Shown here one piece after another: positions 1 through 7,024 of a stretch of 64,000 nt of DNA. A program made the translations under genes and the position numbers. Position 1 is the stretch's first letter; each line of letters opens with the position of its first letter. This stretch comes from Patescibacteria group bacterium (GTDB taxonomy: Bacteria > Patescibacteriota > Gracilibacteria > UBA1369 > PNNO01): contig JBHPJE010000007.1 in NCBI GenBank assembly GCA_042568205.1, forward strand, positions 35 through 64,034. Reading direction: 5' to 3'. A model generated the notes under the pieces. It saw only the letters and a program-made list of their open reading frames with translations, ran no database searches and was not told where the DNA came from.

Positions 1-94
1 ACTAAGTTTAATGACTTTCAAAATCAAATCAAGAGCTTTTGCATTGCTCAAAAATGTACGTTATATATAATAGTCCTGCATTTAATGAATATTT

Positions 95-970
95 ATGAAG
101 AAAAATACACCTAAATTAAAAAAAGGACTCGCTCAAATGTTTAAAGGAGGAGTAATAATGGATGTTGTAACAGCTGATGAAGCAAAAATTGCTGAAGATG
201 CTGGAGCATGCGCTGTGATGGCTTTAGAAAGGGTTCCTTCGGATATTAGAAAAGATGGAGGAGTTGCTAGAATGAGTGATCCTAAATTAATTAAAGAAAT
301 ACAAAAAGCTGTGACGATTCCAGTTATGGCAAAAGTTAGAATTGGTCATTTTGTTGAAGCACAGATTTTAGAAGCGTTGAAAGTTGATTATATTGATGAA
401 AGTGAGGTTTTAACTCCGGCTGATGAAAAATTTCATATAAATAAACATGATTTCGATGTTCCGTTTGTTTGTGGATGTACTTATTTAGGTGAAGCTTTGC
501 GTCGAATTGATGAAGGTGCAATGATGATGAGAACAAAAGGTGAGGCAGGAACAGGAAATGTTGTTGAAGCAGTTCGTCATGCTCGCACAGTTAATGATGA
601 AATTTTAATGCTTCAAAAAGCCTCAGCAGATAAACGAAAAAAATGGGCAAAGGCTGAGCGTGTTCCAGTTGCACTAGTAAATGAAGTTTGTAAATTAGGT
701 AGATTGCCAATTGTAAATTTTGCAGCTGGTGGAATTGCAACTCCAGCAGATGCAGCAATGATGATGCAACTTGGTGTTGATGGAGTTTTTGTTGGATCAG
801 GAATTTTTAAATCTTCTCATCCAGAAAAACGAGCAAGATCAATTGTTGAAGCAACTACTCATTTTAATGATCCAAAAATATTAGCGAAAGTTTCTGAAGA
901 TTTGGGAGATTGTATGGAAAGTAAACAAATTTCTGACTTAGAACATCGTTATGCCGAAAGAGGTTGGTAA
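95..970 (+). CDS. pdxS: pyridoxal 5'-phosphate synthase, lyase subunit PdxS
   Basis: The 291-aa ORF carries the hallmark PdxS/SNZ signature [45 protein letters not shown]. It is followed by an overlapping pdxT. Confidence 0.95.
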   Translation: MKKNTPKLKKGLAQMFKGGVIMDVVTADEAKIAEDAGACAVMALERVPSDIRKDGGVARMSDPKLIKEIQKAVTIPVMAKVRIGHFVEAQILEALKVDYIDESEVLTPADEKFHINKHDFDVPFVCGCTYLGEALRRIDEGAMMMRTKGEAGTGNVVEAVRHARTVNDEILMLQKASADKRKKWAKAERVPVALVNEVCKLGRLPIVNFAAGGIATPADAAMMMQLGVDGVFVGSGIFKSSHPEKRARSIVEATTHFNDPKILAKVSEDLGDCMESKQISDLEHRYAERGW

Positions 971-1490
971 ATTAAAGATAGGAGTTCTCGCATTACAAGG
1001 TGCATTTGCTGAGCATGTTGATATTTTAACGAATATTGGTGTACAAACTCGTGAAGTTCGCGTTAAAGATGATTTAAATGGTTTAGATGGATTGGTGATT
1101 CCAGGAGGAGAGAGTACGACAATGAATCTTTTGATTGGAGAGATTAAAAAAGCTATGAAAAAGCTTCCGATTTTTGGAACTTGTGCAGGTGCAATCATTT
1201 TAGCTCAGAATTTTATGGATATTGAAGTTGAAAGAAATGCTTACGGAAGCCAACTTGATAGTTTTGAAGATGATTTCCAGGTTTTAGGTCATAATTTTCA
1301 TGGAATATTCATTAGAGCTCCAAAAATTACAAAAGTTGGACCAGATGTTGAAGTTTTGGCGGAAAATTCCAAAGATGAAATCGTTTTAGTTCGCGAAAAA
1401 AATTATTTAGCATCAACTTTCCATCCTGAATTAACGGAAGATACAAAAATTCATGAGTACTTTTTAGAAATGATTACTCAAACTTCTTAA
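951..1490 (+). CDS. pdxT: pyridoxal 5'-phosphate synthase, glutaminase subunit PdxT
   Basis: The 179-aa ORF has [20 protein letters not shown], the catalytic Cys in FGTCAG and a C-terminal FHPE, as in a class I amidotransferase. It overlaps pdxS by 20 nt. Confidence 0.9.
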   Translation: MPKEVGKLKIGVLALQGAFAEHVDILTNIGVQTREVRVKDDLNGLDGLVIPGGESTTMNLLIGEIKKAMKKLPIFGTCAGAIILAQNFMDIEVERNAYGSQLDSFEDDFQVLGHNFHGIFIRAPKITKVGPDVEVLAENSKDEIVLVREKNYLASTFHPELTEDTKIHEYFLEMITQTS

Positions 1491-2388
1491 TAAGTTTACT
1501 TATATCAAAATGTTTTACCTCATTTGCTGGATTGCCTTTGTAGTCGCTTAAATAAGGCAATTTGTTAACGTAAGGAACTACGTTTTTATTTTCATAAAAG
1601 ACTCCAAGATAAACATTTTTCTCAAAATCTTTAATATATTTTTTAGCTTTTTCTAAATCATTAGCTTTCCAACCTTTAATATCTTCTAAATATTTAATTC
1701 TTTCCCAGTACCATTCTTGCGGAGTCACTTTATTATAAGTTGGGCAAGTTTGAAGTACTTCAACAAATGCAAATCCTTTATGATTAAGTGCTCTTCGGAA
1801 CATTTTAGTCATATGTTTCACATCTCCACTAAATGATCTGGCTACAAACGAAGGATTTAAATTTAAAACAAATTCTGAAGGATTCATTGGTTCTAAAAGT
1901 TGTCCGTCAGGAGATCCATTCATTGGACGACCAGGCAAAGTACAAGAAGAACACTGACCAGTTGTAAGCCCGTAATTGTGATTGTTATGCAAAATAAACA
2001 TGATTGGATATTCAGAACGTACACAATGTACTAAATGATTAATCCCTTCACTCATTGTTCCACCATCTCCAGCTGAAGCAATAATCTTTAAGTCAGTATT
2101 TCCCATTGCAGCACCTGCCGCGAGTGGCAAAGCACGTCCATGAAGTCCGTGAAAAGTATTCATAGCAATTTTATCTGAACCGTTTCCATTACATCCGATA
2201 TCAAAACTCATCATCACCTTGTCCGCAGTGTATCCTTCTAAAGTTAACGAACGTTTTAGAGCATTTTGGATTTGATAATTACCGCATCCACTACACCAAG
2301 TTATCACTTCATCATTAACATATCTCACATAAGAATCTTTTTTCTGTGAAAGTCCCTGCATTACTTTATTTATATCGTTTGTTGGCAT
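1474..2388 (-). CDS. 2-oxoacid:ferredoxin oxidoreductase, beta (TPP-binding) subunit
   Basis: The 304-aa ORF has an N-terminal CSGCGN motif and the TPP-binding motif SAGDGGTMSEGINHL. It lies downstream of the alpha subunit gene. Substrate (pyruvate, 2-oxoglutarate or other) cannot be assigned from sequence alone. Confidence 0.85.
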   Translation of the reverse strand: MPTNDINKVMQGLSQKKDSYVRYVNDEVITWCSGCGNYQIQNALKRSLTLEGYTADKVMMSFDIGCNGNGSDKIAMNTFHGLHGRALPLAAGAAMGNTDLKIIASAGDGGTMSEGINHLVHCVRSEYPIMFILHNNHNYGLTTGQCSSCTLPGRPMNGSPDGQLLEPMNPSEFVLNLNPSFVARSFSGDVKHMTKMFRRALNHKGFAFVEVLQTCPTYNKVTPQEWYWERIKYLEDIKGWKANDLEKAKKYIKDFEKNVYLGVFYENKNVVPYVNKLPYLSDYKGNPANEVKHFDISKLIKKFE

Positions 2389-2404
2389 ATTATTTAATTA
2401 ATGA

Positions 2405-2523
2405 GTTCGCTATCGCTCACACTTGGCTCGCGATACACTTCGTCGTACTTGATCATCCGATTCGCTACGCTCATACGCATGCTCAAGCATTTTTCGCTCG
2501 CTGGAGATTCGCTTTACGCTCAT
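2405..2523 (-). repeat. GC-rich interspersed repeat, copy 1, in the spacer between the two oxidoreductase subunit genes
   Basis: The 48-nt core at 2441-2488 is 44/48 identical to 6773-6820 when read on the minus strand. All four differences are transitions. The motif TGAGCG-N(1-3)-AGCGAA occurs three times (minus-strand sense) at 2506-2522, 2459-2473 and 2405-2419. Confidence 0.7.
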
Positions 2524-4256
2524 CTCTGTTTATCAATGTAATTCATAACATCTTCAAAATAGAATGGTCGGCCATCATATCTTAAGAATTTAGATTTAAA
2601 TTTCTTTCCAGTTTCAGCTTCGATCAATCTTCCGAGCTGTCCGTGAAGATTTCCTTCAATTAAATGCACATTTTTATTCTCTTTAAAGAATTTTAAAGCA
2701 GCTGTTTTGTTGATTGGCCAAACAAAATCAAAGTGCATGTAGTTTACTTTCTTTTTACTTGCCTTGATTGCATCTCTCATTGCATTAATCGAACTTCCCC
2801 AACCAATAAATGAAATATCTGCACCTTTTTTTACACCAAATACACGAGGTGCTGGCAAATTCTTTTTAATTGTTTCTGCTTTTCTAACATGACGTTTATG
2901 AATCATCTCTAAAACAGGTTTTATTTCTTCAGTTAAAGTTCCATCTGGTTCGTGTTCGTCAGAATTCGCATGATAGTGCGCTTTACTAGCTCCTGGAACC
3001 CATCTCGGAGACACACCTGACTTTGTAATTTTAAATCTATCTGCAGGAGTTAATTTTGCTAATTCAGATTTATTCGTAATTAATCCTCGTTTTATTGGTA
3101 TTTTTTTATGTTTAAATAGATCAACTGTCTGATGACAGTCGTAAACATGTTTTGAACTTAAAACCATTGTTGGTGTTTGATATTCTTCCGACCAATTAAA
3201 TGCATGTTGTATTAATTCATATGAGCTTTCCGGGTCTGAACATGCAAGAACTATTCTTGGAAATTCTCCATGACCTGAATTTATTACTAAATCTAAATCA
3301 CCCTGACAAGTCCAAGTAGGCAAACCGGTTCCAGGTCCTGGTCTTTGACCAACAATGATAACTAGTGGAGTTTCAGTAACTCCAGCGCAAGAAACTGTTT
3401 CTGTCATTAAATCAAATCCACCACCTGAAGTTGCAGTCATTGCTCGGCATCCAACATGCATTGAACCCATTACTAATTGTGCTGCAGTAATTTCATCTTC
3501 TGCTTGTTTCACAATCACTCCAGTTTCATGAGAAGTGTTTGCTATATAAGTTAAAATCCCACTTGAAGGACTCATTGGATAAGCATAATAAGCACGCATC
3601 CCAGCCTGAATTGCTCCAAGTGAAATTGCTTTAGATCCATCAATTAATATCTTTTTAAGTTTCGTTGAATTCTTCTTAAGTTTCATTACTGGAATATCCT
3701 TCAAATGTTTTTTAGGATTAAATCCATATCTAATACATTTAAGATCAATTGCTAATAGTTTTGGTTTAGATTTGAATTTTTTTCTTACATCATCTTCAAC
3801 TTCTTTAAGATCGAATCCTAGCATCTTCCATAATAGTCCCATTAAAACCATATTCACCATTAAACTGCTTCCACCTAGGCTGTAAGCGATTTCTCTAGCA
3901 GGTAAATAATAAATTTTCACACCTCTTGCTTTACATTTCTTAGCAAGTTCAGGAACCATTTGATGTTTTTCATATCCATGAATTAAAATTCCGCCTTTTT
4001 TAATATCATCAATGTACTCAACAAGACCATGACGATCTAAAGCCACACAAATATCAACTTTTTCACTCAGACTTCGAATTTCCTTTGTACTAAAATCAAT
4101 TTGAACATTTGAATATCCACCTTTAATCAGAGAAGGGAACTCACGATCAGAAACTACATAATATCCTAAATCTTTAAGAGCATTAGAAATTATCTGACCT
4201 ACACTAAGTAGTCCCATTCCACTTTCTCCTGCGATTTTTACAACTGTTCTATCCAT
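2520..4256 (-). CDS. 2-oxoacid:ferredoxin oxidoreductase, fused gamma-alpha subunit
   Basis: The 578-aa ORF has an N-terminal gamma-type domain (KIAGESGMGLLSVGQII). This is followed by an alpha domain with YYAYPMSPSS and TATSGGGFDLM. Confidence 0.85.
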   Translation of the reverse strand: MDRTVVKIAGESGMGLLSVGQIISNALKDLGYYVVSDREFPSLIKGGYSNVQIDFSTKEIRSLSEKVDICVALDRHGLVEYIDDIKKGGILIHGYEKHQMVPELAKKCKARGVKIYYLPAREIAYSLGGSSLMVNMVLMGLLWKMLGFDLKEVEDDVRKKFKSKPKLLAIDLKCIRYGFNPKKHLKDIPVMKLKKNSTKLKKILIDGSKAISLGAIQAGMRAYYAYPMSPSSGILTYIANTSHETGVIVKQAEDEITAAQLVMGSMHVGCRAMTATSGGGFDLMTETVSCAGVTETPLVIIVGQRPGPGTGLPTWTCQGDLDLVINSGHGEFPRIVLACSDPESSYELIQHAFNWSEEYQTPTMVLSSKHVYDCHQTVDLFKHKKIPIKRGLITNKSELAKLTPADRFKITKSGVSPRWVPGASKAHYHANSDEHEPDGTLTEEIKPVLEMIHKRHVRKAETIKKNLPAPRVFGVKKGADISFIGWGSSINAMRDAIKASKKKVNYMHFDFVWPINKTAALKFFKENKNVHLIEGNLHGQLGRLIEAETGKKFKSKFLRYDGRPFYFEDVMNYIDKQR

Positions 4257-4697
4257 TTATTTAAGTAGTTTAGATAATTTTGTAGCCCAATTTTTCACTG
4301 TAGTGTTAAGGTGAGGAACCGGAGATTTAACAATTCGTAAAGCAGTAGTTAAAACTTCTCCGTGTTTTTCTTTAATCGAATTTTCTAAAAGTTTTGCTGA
4401 CTCAACAACATACTCAACATTGTATTTTGGATCTCCTAAACCAATGGCCGCACATTTTTTTCCTTTCAATGACTTCAAATAGTACATAAATTTCAGCATG
4501 TGTTCTTGTAAGAGTCCCTGACCATATGTTGAAGAAGCAAAAATAATATATTTATATTTTGTAAGATCAGATTCTTTTGTTGATTCTGCTCGTTGAACTT
4601 TAACTGTATGTTTTGTCGATAAAACCTCAGCAACTTTGTCAGTTACAAGTTCGGTGTTACCTCCTGTGCTTCCAAAAATAATTAGAACTGAAGACAT
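4257..4697 (-). CDS. short-chain flavodoxin
   Basis: The 146-aa ORF has the N-terminal FMN phosphate-binding loop VLIIFGSTGGNTE. Its stop codon directly abuts the oxidoreductase alpha start (TAAATG at 4254-4259). Confidence 0.8.
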   Translation of the reverse strand: MSSVLIIFGSTGGNTELVTDKVAEVLSTKHTVKVQRAESTKESDLTKYKYIIFASSTYGQGLLQEHMLKFMYYLKSLKGKKCAAIGLGDPKYNVEYVVESAKLLENSIKEKHGEVLTTALRIVKSPVPHLNTTVKNWATKLSKLLK

Positions 4698-4765
4698 TAA
4701 CTTTGGTTAGTCTTTATTTATAATAGTGTTTCAATGTGATAAGGTCAAGTTTGATAAATTTATAC

Positions 4766-4794
4766 TTGTAAAAAAATTGATCATAAACTACAAT
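4766..4794 (+). promoter_or_regulatory. candidate sigma70-type promoter for the peroxiredoxin gene
   Basis: TTGTAA (4766-4771), a 17-nt spacer and TACAAT (4789-4794) lie 54 nt upstream of the ATG at 4848. Confidence 0.35.
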
Positions 4795-4800
4795 CTTAAT

Positions 4801-4815
4801 TGAGAATGATTATTA
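4801..4815 (+). promoter_or_regulatory. Fur/PerR-family box-like operator
   Basis: TGAGAATGATTATTA matches the 7-1-7 Fur box TGATAATnATTATCA at 12 of 14 defined positions. It sits just downstream of the putative -10 of a peroxide-detoxification gene. Confidence 0.35.
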
Positions 4816-4847
4816 ATATCTCGAATTATTATTTAACTAAAACAATT

Positions 4848-5420
4848 ATGGGATGTCACGATTCTGAAGGAGAATACTGTGGAGCCGGCGGATGTTGTTC
4901 AAAACTCCAAATAGGTCACCCTGCACCAAACTTTAAAATGGAAGGGTATTTTAGAGGAGAAAAAAAGCATTACCACTTAGAAGACTTTAAAGGGAAGTGG
5001 ACTGTTTTATTTTTCTACCCTTTGGATTTTACATTTGTATGTCCAACTGAGTTAATAGAGCTCAGCAAAAAACACAAGGACTTCGAAAATGAAAATGCAC
5101 AAGTTTTAGGAGTAAGTGTTGATTCAGTTTACTCTCACGAAGCATGGGCGAAAGATATCGGTGATTTAAACTATCCATTATTAAGCGACATGACTAAACA
5201 AGTTAGTTATGACTACAATGTTTTGATCCCAGAAGATGGGATTAGTTTAAGAGGAGCTTTCATTATTGATCCTGATGGAATTCTAAAAGCTTACATGGTA
5301 AATGATATTACAATCGGTCGAAATATCGATGAATTAGTAAGATTGATTAAAGCCTTCCAAACTGGAGATCTTTGTCCGGTTGGATGGAACGCAGGTGATA
5401 AGACACTTGGTAAAGCATAA
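4848..5420 (+). CDS. ahpC: typical 2-Cys peroxiredoxin (AhpC/Prx1 family) with a Cys-rich N-terminal extension
   Basis: The peroxidatic motif is FYPLDFTFVCPTE and the resolving Cys lies in GDLCPVGW. I chose the ATG at 4848 (MGCHDSEGEYCGAGGCCSK...). The ORF-track start at 4800 would add an implausible leader that overlaps the operator. Confidence 0.9.
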   Translation: MGCHDSEGEYCGAGGCCSKLQIGHPAPNFKMEGYFRGEKKHYHLEDFKGKWTVLFFYPLDFTFVCPTELIELSKKHKDFENENAQVLGVSVDSVYSHEAWAKDIGDLNYPLLSDMTKQVSYDYNVLIPEDGISLRGAFIIDPDGILKAYMVNDITIGRNIDELVRLIKAFQTGDLCPVGWNAGDKTLGKA

Positions 5421-5432
5421 ATTTTTAAGTAA

Positions 5433-5502
5433 GAGGCACAGATCTTTTACACATATATTGCTACGTGAAGTAGTGATAATATAGAGGTGTGATCTGCGCC
5501 TC
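5433..5502. other. 70-nt long imperfect hairpin just downstream of the peroxiredoxin stop
   Basis: Arms gaggcacagatc (5433-5444) and gatctgcgcctc (5491-5502) pair at 11 of 12 positions. Inner pairings are acac/gtgt, tatatt/aatata and gctac/gtagt around a gtgaa loop. Wobble and mismatch evidence for strand is conflicting. Confidence 0.5.
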
Positions 5503-5571
5503 AACGTATAGCTCAGTAATCTCCGATAGTGCCTCATCAATCGCTTAACGCAACTGGGACTCTGTGGGACT

Positions 5572-5662
5572 AAAGAGCGGTAGCATCAGGTTCGGCTAGA
5601 AGTCCTGTTACTAGTTGGCACTCTAAGTAACTTAGAAAAGTGCCAGCTCCCTACCGTTCTTT
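5572..5662 (+). ncRNA. candidate structured RNA: a three-helix junction closed by a 12-bp helix (unclassified)
   Basis: H1 pairs aaagagcggtag (5572-5583) with ctaccgttcttt (5651-5662) and has one G-U. H2 pairs ggctag (5594-5599) with ctagtt (5611-5616) and has two G-U. H3 pairs ggcact (5617-5622) with agtgcc (5639-5644), with an inner ctaag/cttag stem. The G-U pairs would be A-C mismatches on the other strand, which supports plus-strand RNA. Confidence 0.5.
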
Positions 5663-5680
5663 GGATGGGTTATTTATAAT

Positions 5681-5727
5681 GACGGTCCACCATCGTCTTT
5701 TTGTTTGTTTTTGTTTTTTTTTGTTGC
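5681..5727 (+). terminator. Rho-independent terminator
   Basis: Stem gacggt/atcgtc (5681-5686 and 5692-5697) has a ccacc loop. A long T-rich tract follows from 5698. Confidence 0.6.
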
Positions 5728-5790
5728 CCATATAAATATGGAGCAATTTTGTTTTTTGTTTCTTTTGTTTTTGATTTTTGAATCAAAGAA
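5698..5790. repeat. T-rich (TnG) low-complexity tract flanking a short palindrome
   Basis: Runs of T3-T9 interrupted by single G or C lie on both sides of ccatat-aa-atatgg (5728-5741). Confidence 0.6.
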
Positions 5791-5793
5791 CCT

Positions 5794-5927
5794 ACCATTC
5801 AAAAGTCCTAAAAGGGCTTAAGGAAGGAGGGTACTTTAGGTGGCAGTAGCCGACTGCCATCGAAAAGTAAGGAGGGGGTGATCATCAAGCAATTCGTTTT
5901 AATGGCTTAATAATCGGGACACTCCCG
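5794..5927 (+). ncRNA. second candidate structured RNA segment with two SD-like purine tracts (unclassified)
   Basis: The region is ORF-free. The segment ccatt(c)aaaa (5794-5803) can pair with ttttaatgg (5897-5905). Hairpins occur at tggcagt/actgcca (5841-5859) and cggga-cac-tcccg (5915-5927), and T-runs follow. AAGGAAGGAGGG lies at 5820-5831 and AAGGAGGGGG at 5869-5878. Confidence 0.4.
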
Positions 5928-6099
5928 GCTCATTCGTTTTTATTTCTGTTTTTTAATGAACTTTTTATATTTGCTTAATTAGAATATTATACCATTAATA
6001 AGGGAAAAATTCAACCCTCAAAGTAATGAAAATTTATTAGATAATGGTAATTTTCTAAATATTTACTATAATAGTTAAGCTTATCTTTAATCCTTTTTA

Positions 6100-6705
6100 A
6101 TGAGCAAAGAACAGGAACTTACAGGAAAACTAATAATAATTGCTGGACCTTCAGGAGTAGGCAAGGGGACTGTAATATCTCACTTAAAGGAACTTTATCC
6201 GGATTGGGAATTCCCAATATCCGCTACTACAAGGGAACCGCGAGAAGGAGAAGAAGATGGAATTGTATATCATTTTGTTGAAAGGTCTGAATTTGAAAGA
6301 ATGATTGAGGACGGGGAGTTATTAGAATATGCAGTAGTTCATCAGGAAGAATATTATGGAACCTTAAAAGCACCAATCATTGAAGCGCTTAAACAAGGCA
6401 AAATCGTAATTCGTGAAGTTGATATGCAAGGATTGGAATCAATTCAGGAAGTAATTCCAAAAGCGAATTTAGTATCGATTTTCTTAACAGTTCCAAATAA
6501 ACAGGATTTAATCGATAGAATTCAAAATAGAGGGAGTTTACCAGCTGAAGAAATTAAAAGGCGTATGGAGAGCGCTGAGAAGGAATTCGAAAAAGGCGGA
6601 GAAATAAGCGATTATCAGGTGCCAAGCTTAACAAATCAAATTGCAAAGTGTGTTAGCGATGTTGAAAAAGTCATTCTAGACGAAACTAAATTTATTGGGG
6701 TGTAG
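6100..6705 (+). CDS. gmk: guanylate kinase
   Basis: The 201-aa ORF has the P-loop GPSGVGKGT and the motif ATTREPREGEEDGIVYHFV. Confidence 0.93.
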   Translation: MSKEQELTGKLIIIAGPSGVGKGTVISHLKELYPDWEFPISATTREPREGEEDGIVYHFVERSEFERMIEDGELLEYAVVHQEEYYGTLKAPIIEALKQGKIVIREVDMQGLESIQEVIPKANLVSIFLTVPNKQDLIDRIQNRGSLPAEEIKRRMESAEKEFEKGGEISDYQVPSLTNQIAKCVSDVEKVILDETKFIGV

Positions 6706-6770
6706 CCAAGTGGTAAGGCAACGGGTTCTGGTCCCGTGACTCGGGGGTTCGAATCCCTCCACCCCAGCCA
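6696..6770 (+). tRNA. tRNA-Gln (anticodon CUG), CCA encoded
   Basis: It folds by hand as UGGGGUG UA GCC AAGUGGUAA GGC A ACGGG UUCUGGU CCCGU GACUC GGGGG UUCGAAU CCCUC CACCCCA G CCA. It has the U1-A72 pair and overall layout of E. coli tRNA-Gln. Confidence 0.9.
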
Positions 6771-6772
6771 AT

Positions 6773-6842
6773 GCTTAAGCATGCGTACGAGCGTAGCGAG
6801 TCGGATGATTAAGTACGACGGAGCGATAGCGGAGTGTGCGAA
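6773..6842 (+). repeat. GC-rich interspersed repeat, copy 2, immediately 3' of tRNA-Gln
   Basis: The core at 6773-6820 is 44/48 identical to the reverse complement of 2441-2488. GAGCG-N(1-2)-AGCG motifs occur at 6789-6800 and 6821-6832. Confidence 0.7.
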
Positions 6843-6869
6843 GTAATTAAATCGTTACTACGCTTTTTT
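6838..6869 (+). terminator. Rho-independent terminator after gmk and tRNA-Gln
   Basis: Stem gcgaagtaa (6838-6846) pairs with ttactacgc (6855-6863) with one mismatch. A T6 run follows at 6864-6869. Confidence 0.55.
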
Positions 6870-7024
6870 ATAGAATGACATGCATAATTAACACCCTACT
6901 TGCTAAAAGTTTGTTTTTGGTGTATTGTTATCTTTGCTTGTTAGGTTCGCATTTTCATCTTCGGGGAAAAACGGTGTATTTGTTTTCACTTTTGAGCAAT
7001 TGCCATATTTTTTAATATATATTT

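Noticed and set aside
2346-2585. A 79-aa plus-strand ORF spanning the oxidoreductase alpha-beta spacer.
   Set aside because: It overlaps both real genes in antisense, and its middle is the GC-rich repeat. It has no protein-like features.
5738-5821. A 27-codon ORF (MEQFCFLFLLFLIFESKNLPFKSPKRA) that looks like a type I toxin-style hydrophobic peptide.
   Set aside because: It lies in the TnG low-complexity tract, where any frame yields Phe/Leu codons. It has no ribosome-binding signal, and it sits directly after a terminator. I found no antisense partner.
5840-5881. A 13-codon GTG mini-ORF (MAVADCHRKVRRG) placed 8 nt after the first SD-like tract.
   Set aside because: It is too short to support from one sequence. 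Its codons overlap a strong hairpin (5841-5859) and its stop lies inside the second purine tract. I kept it only as an alternative explanation in the SD-tract finding.
5433-5935. An attempt to classify the region as RNase P RNA, SRP RNA, tmRNA, 5S rRNA, a T-box, a purine riboswitch or a hammerhead.
   Set aside because: Only isolated word matches exist: AAAGUCC at 5802-5808, AUGGCUUA at 5902-5909, AAAGUGCCA at 5637-5645, UCCACCA in the terminator loop at 5686-5692, and CUGAUG on the minus strand at 5584-5589. Their order and spacing do not fit the RNase P P4/S-domain architecture. There is no GGAA-tetraloop SRP helix 8, no T-arm preceding the CCA for tmRNA, and no complete hammerhead core.
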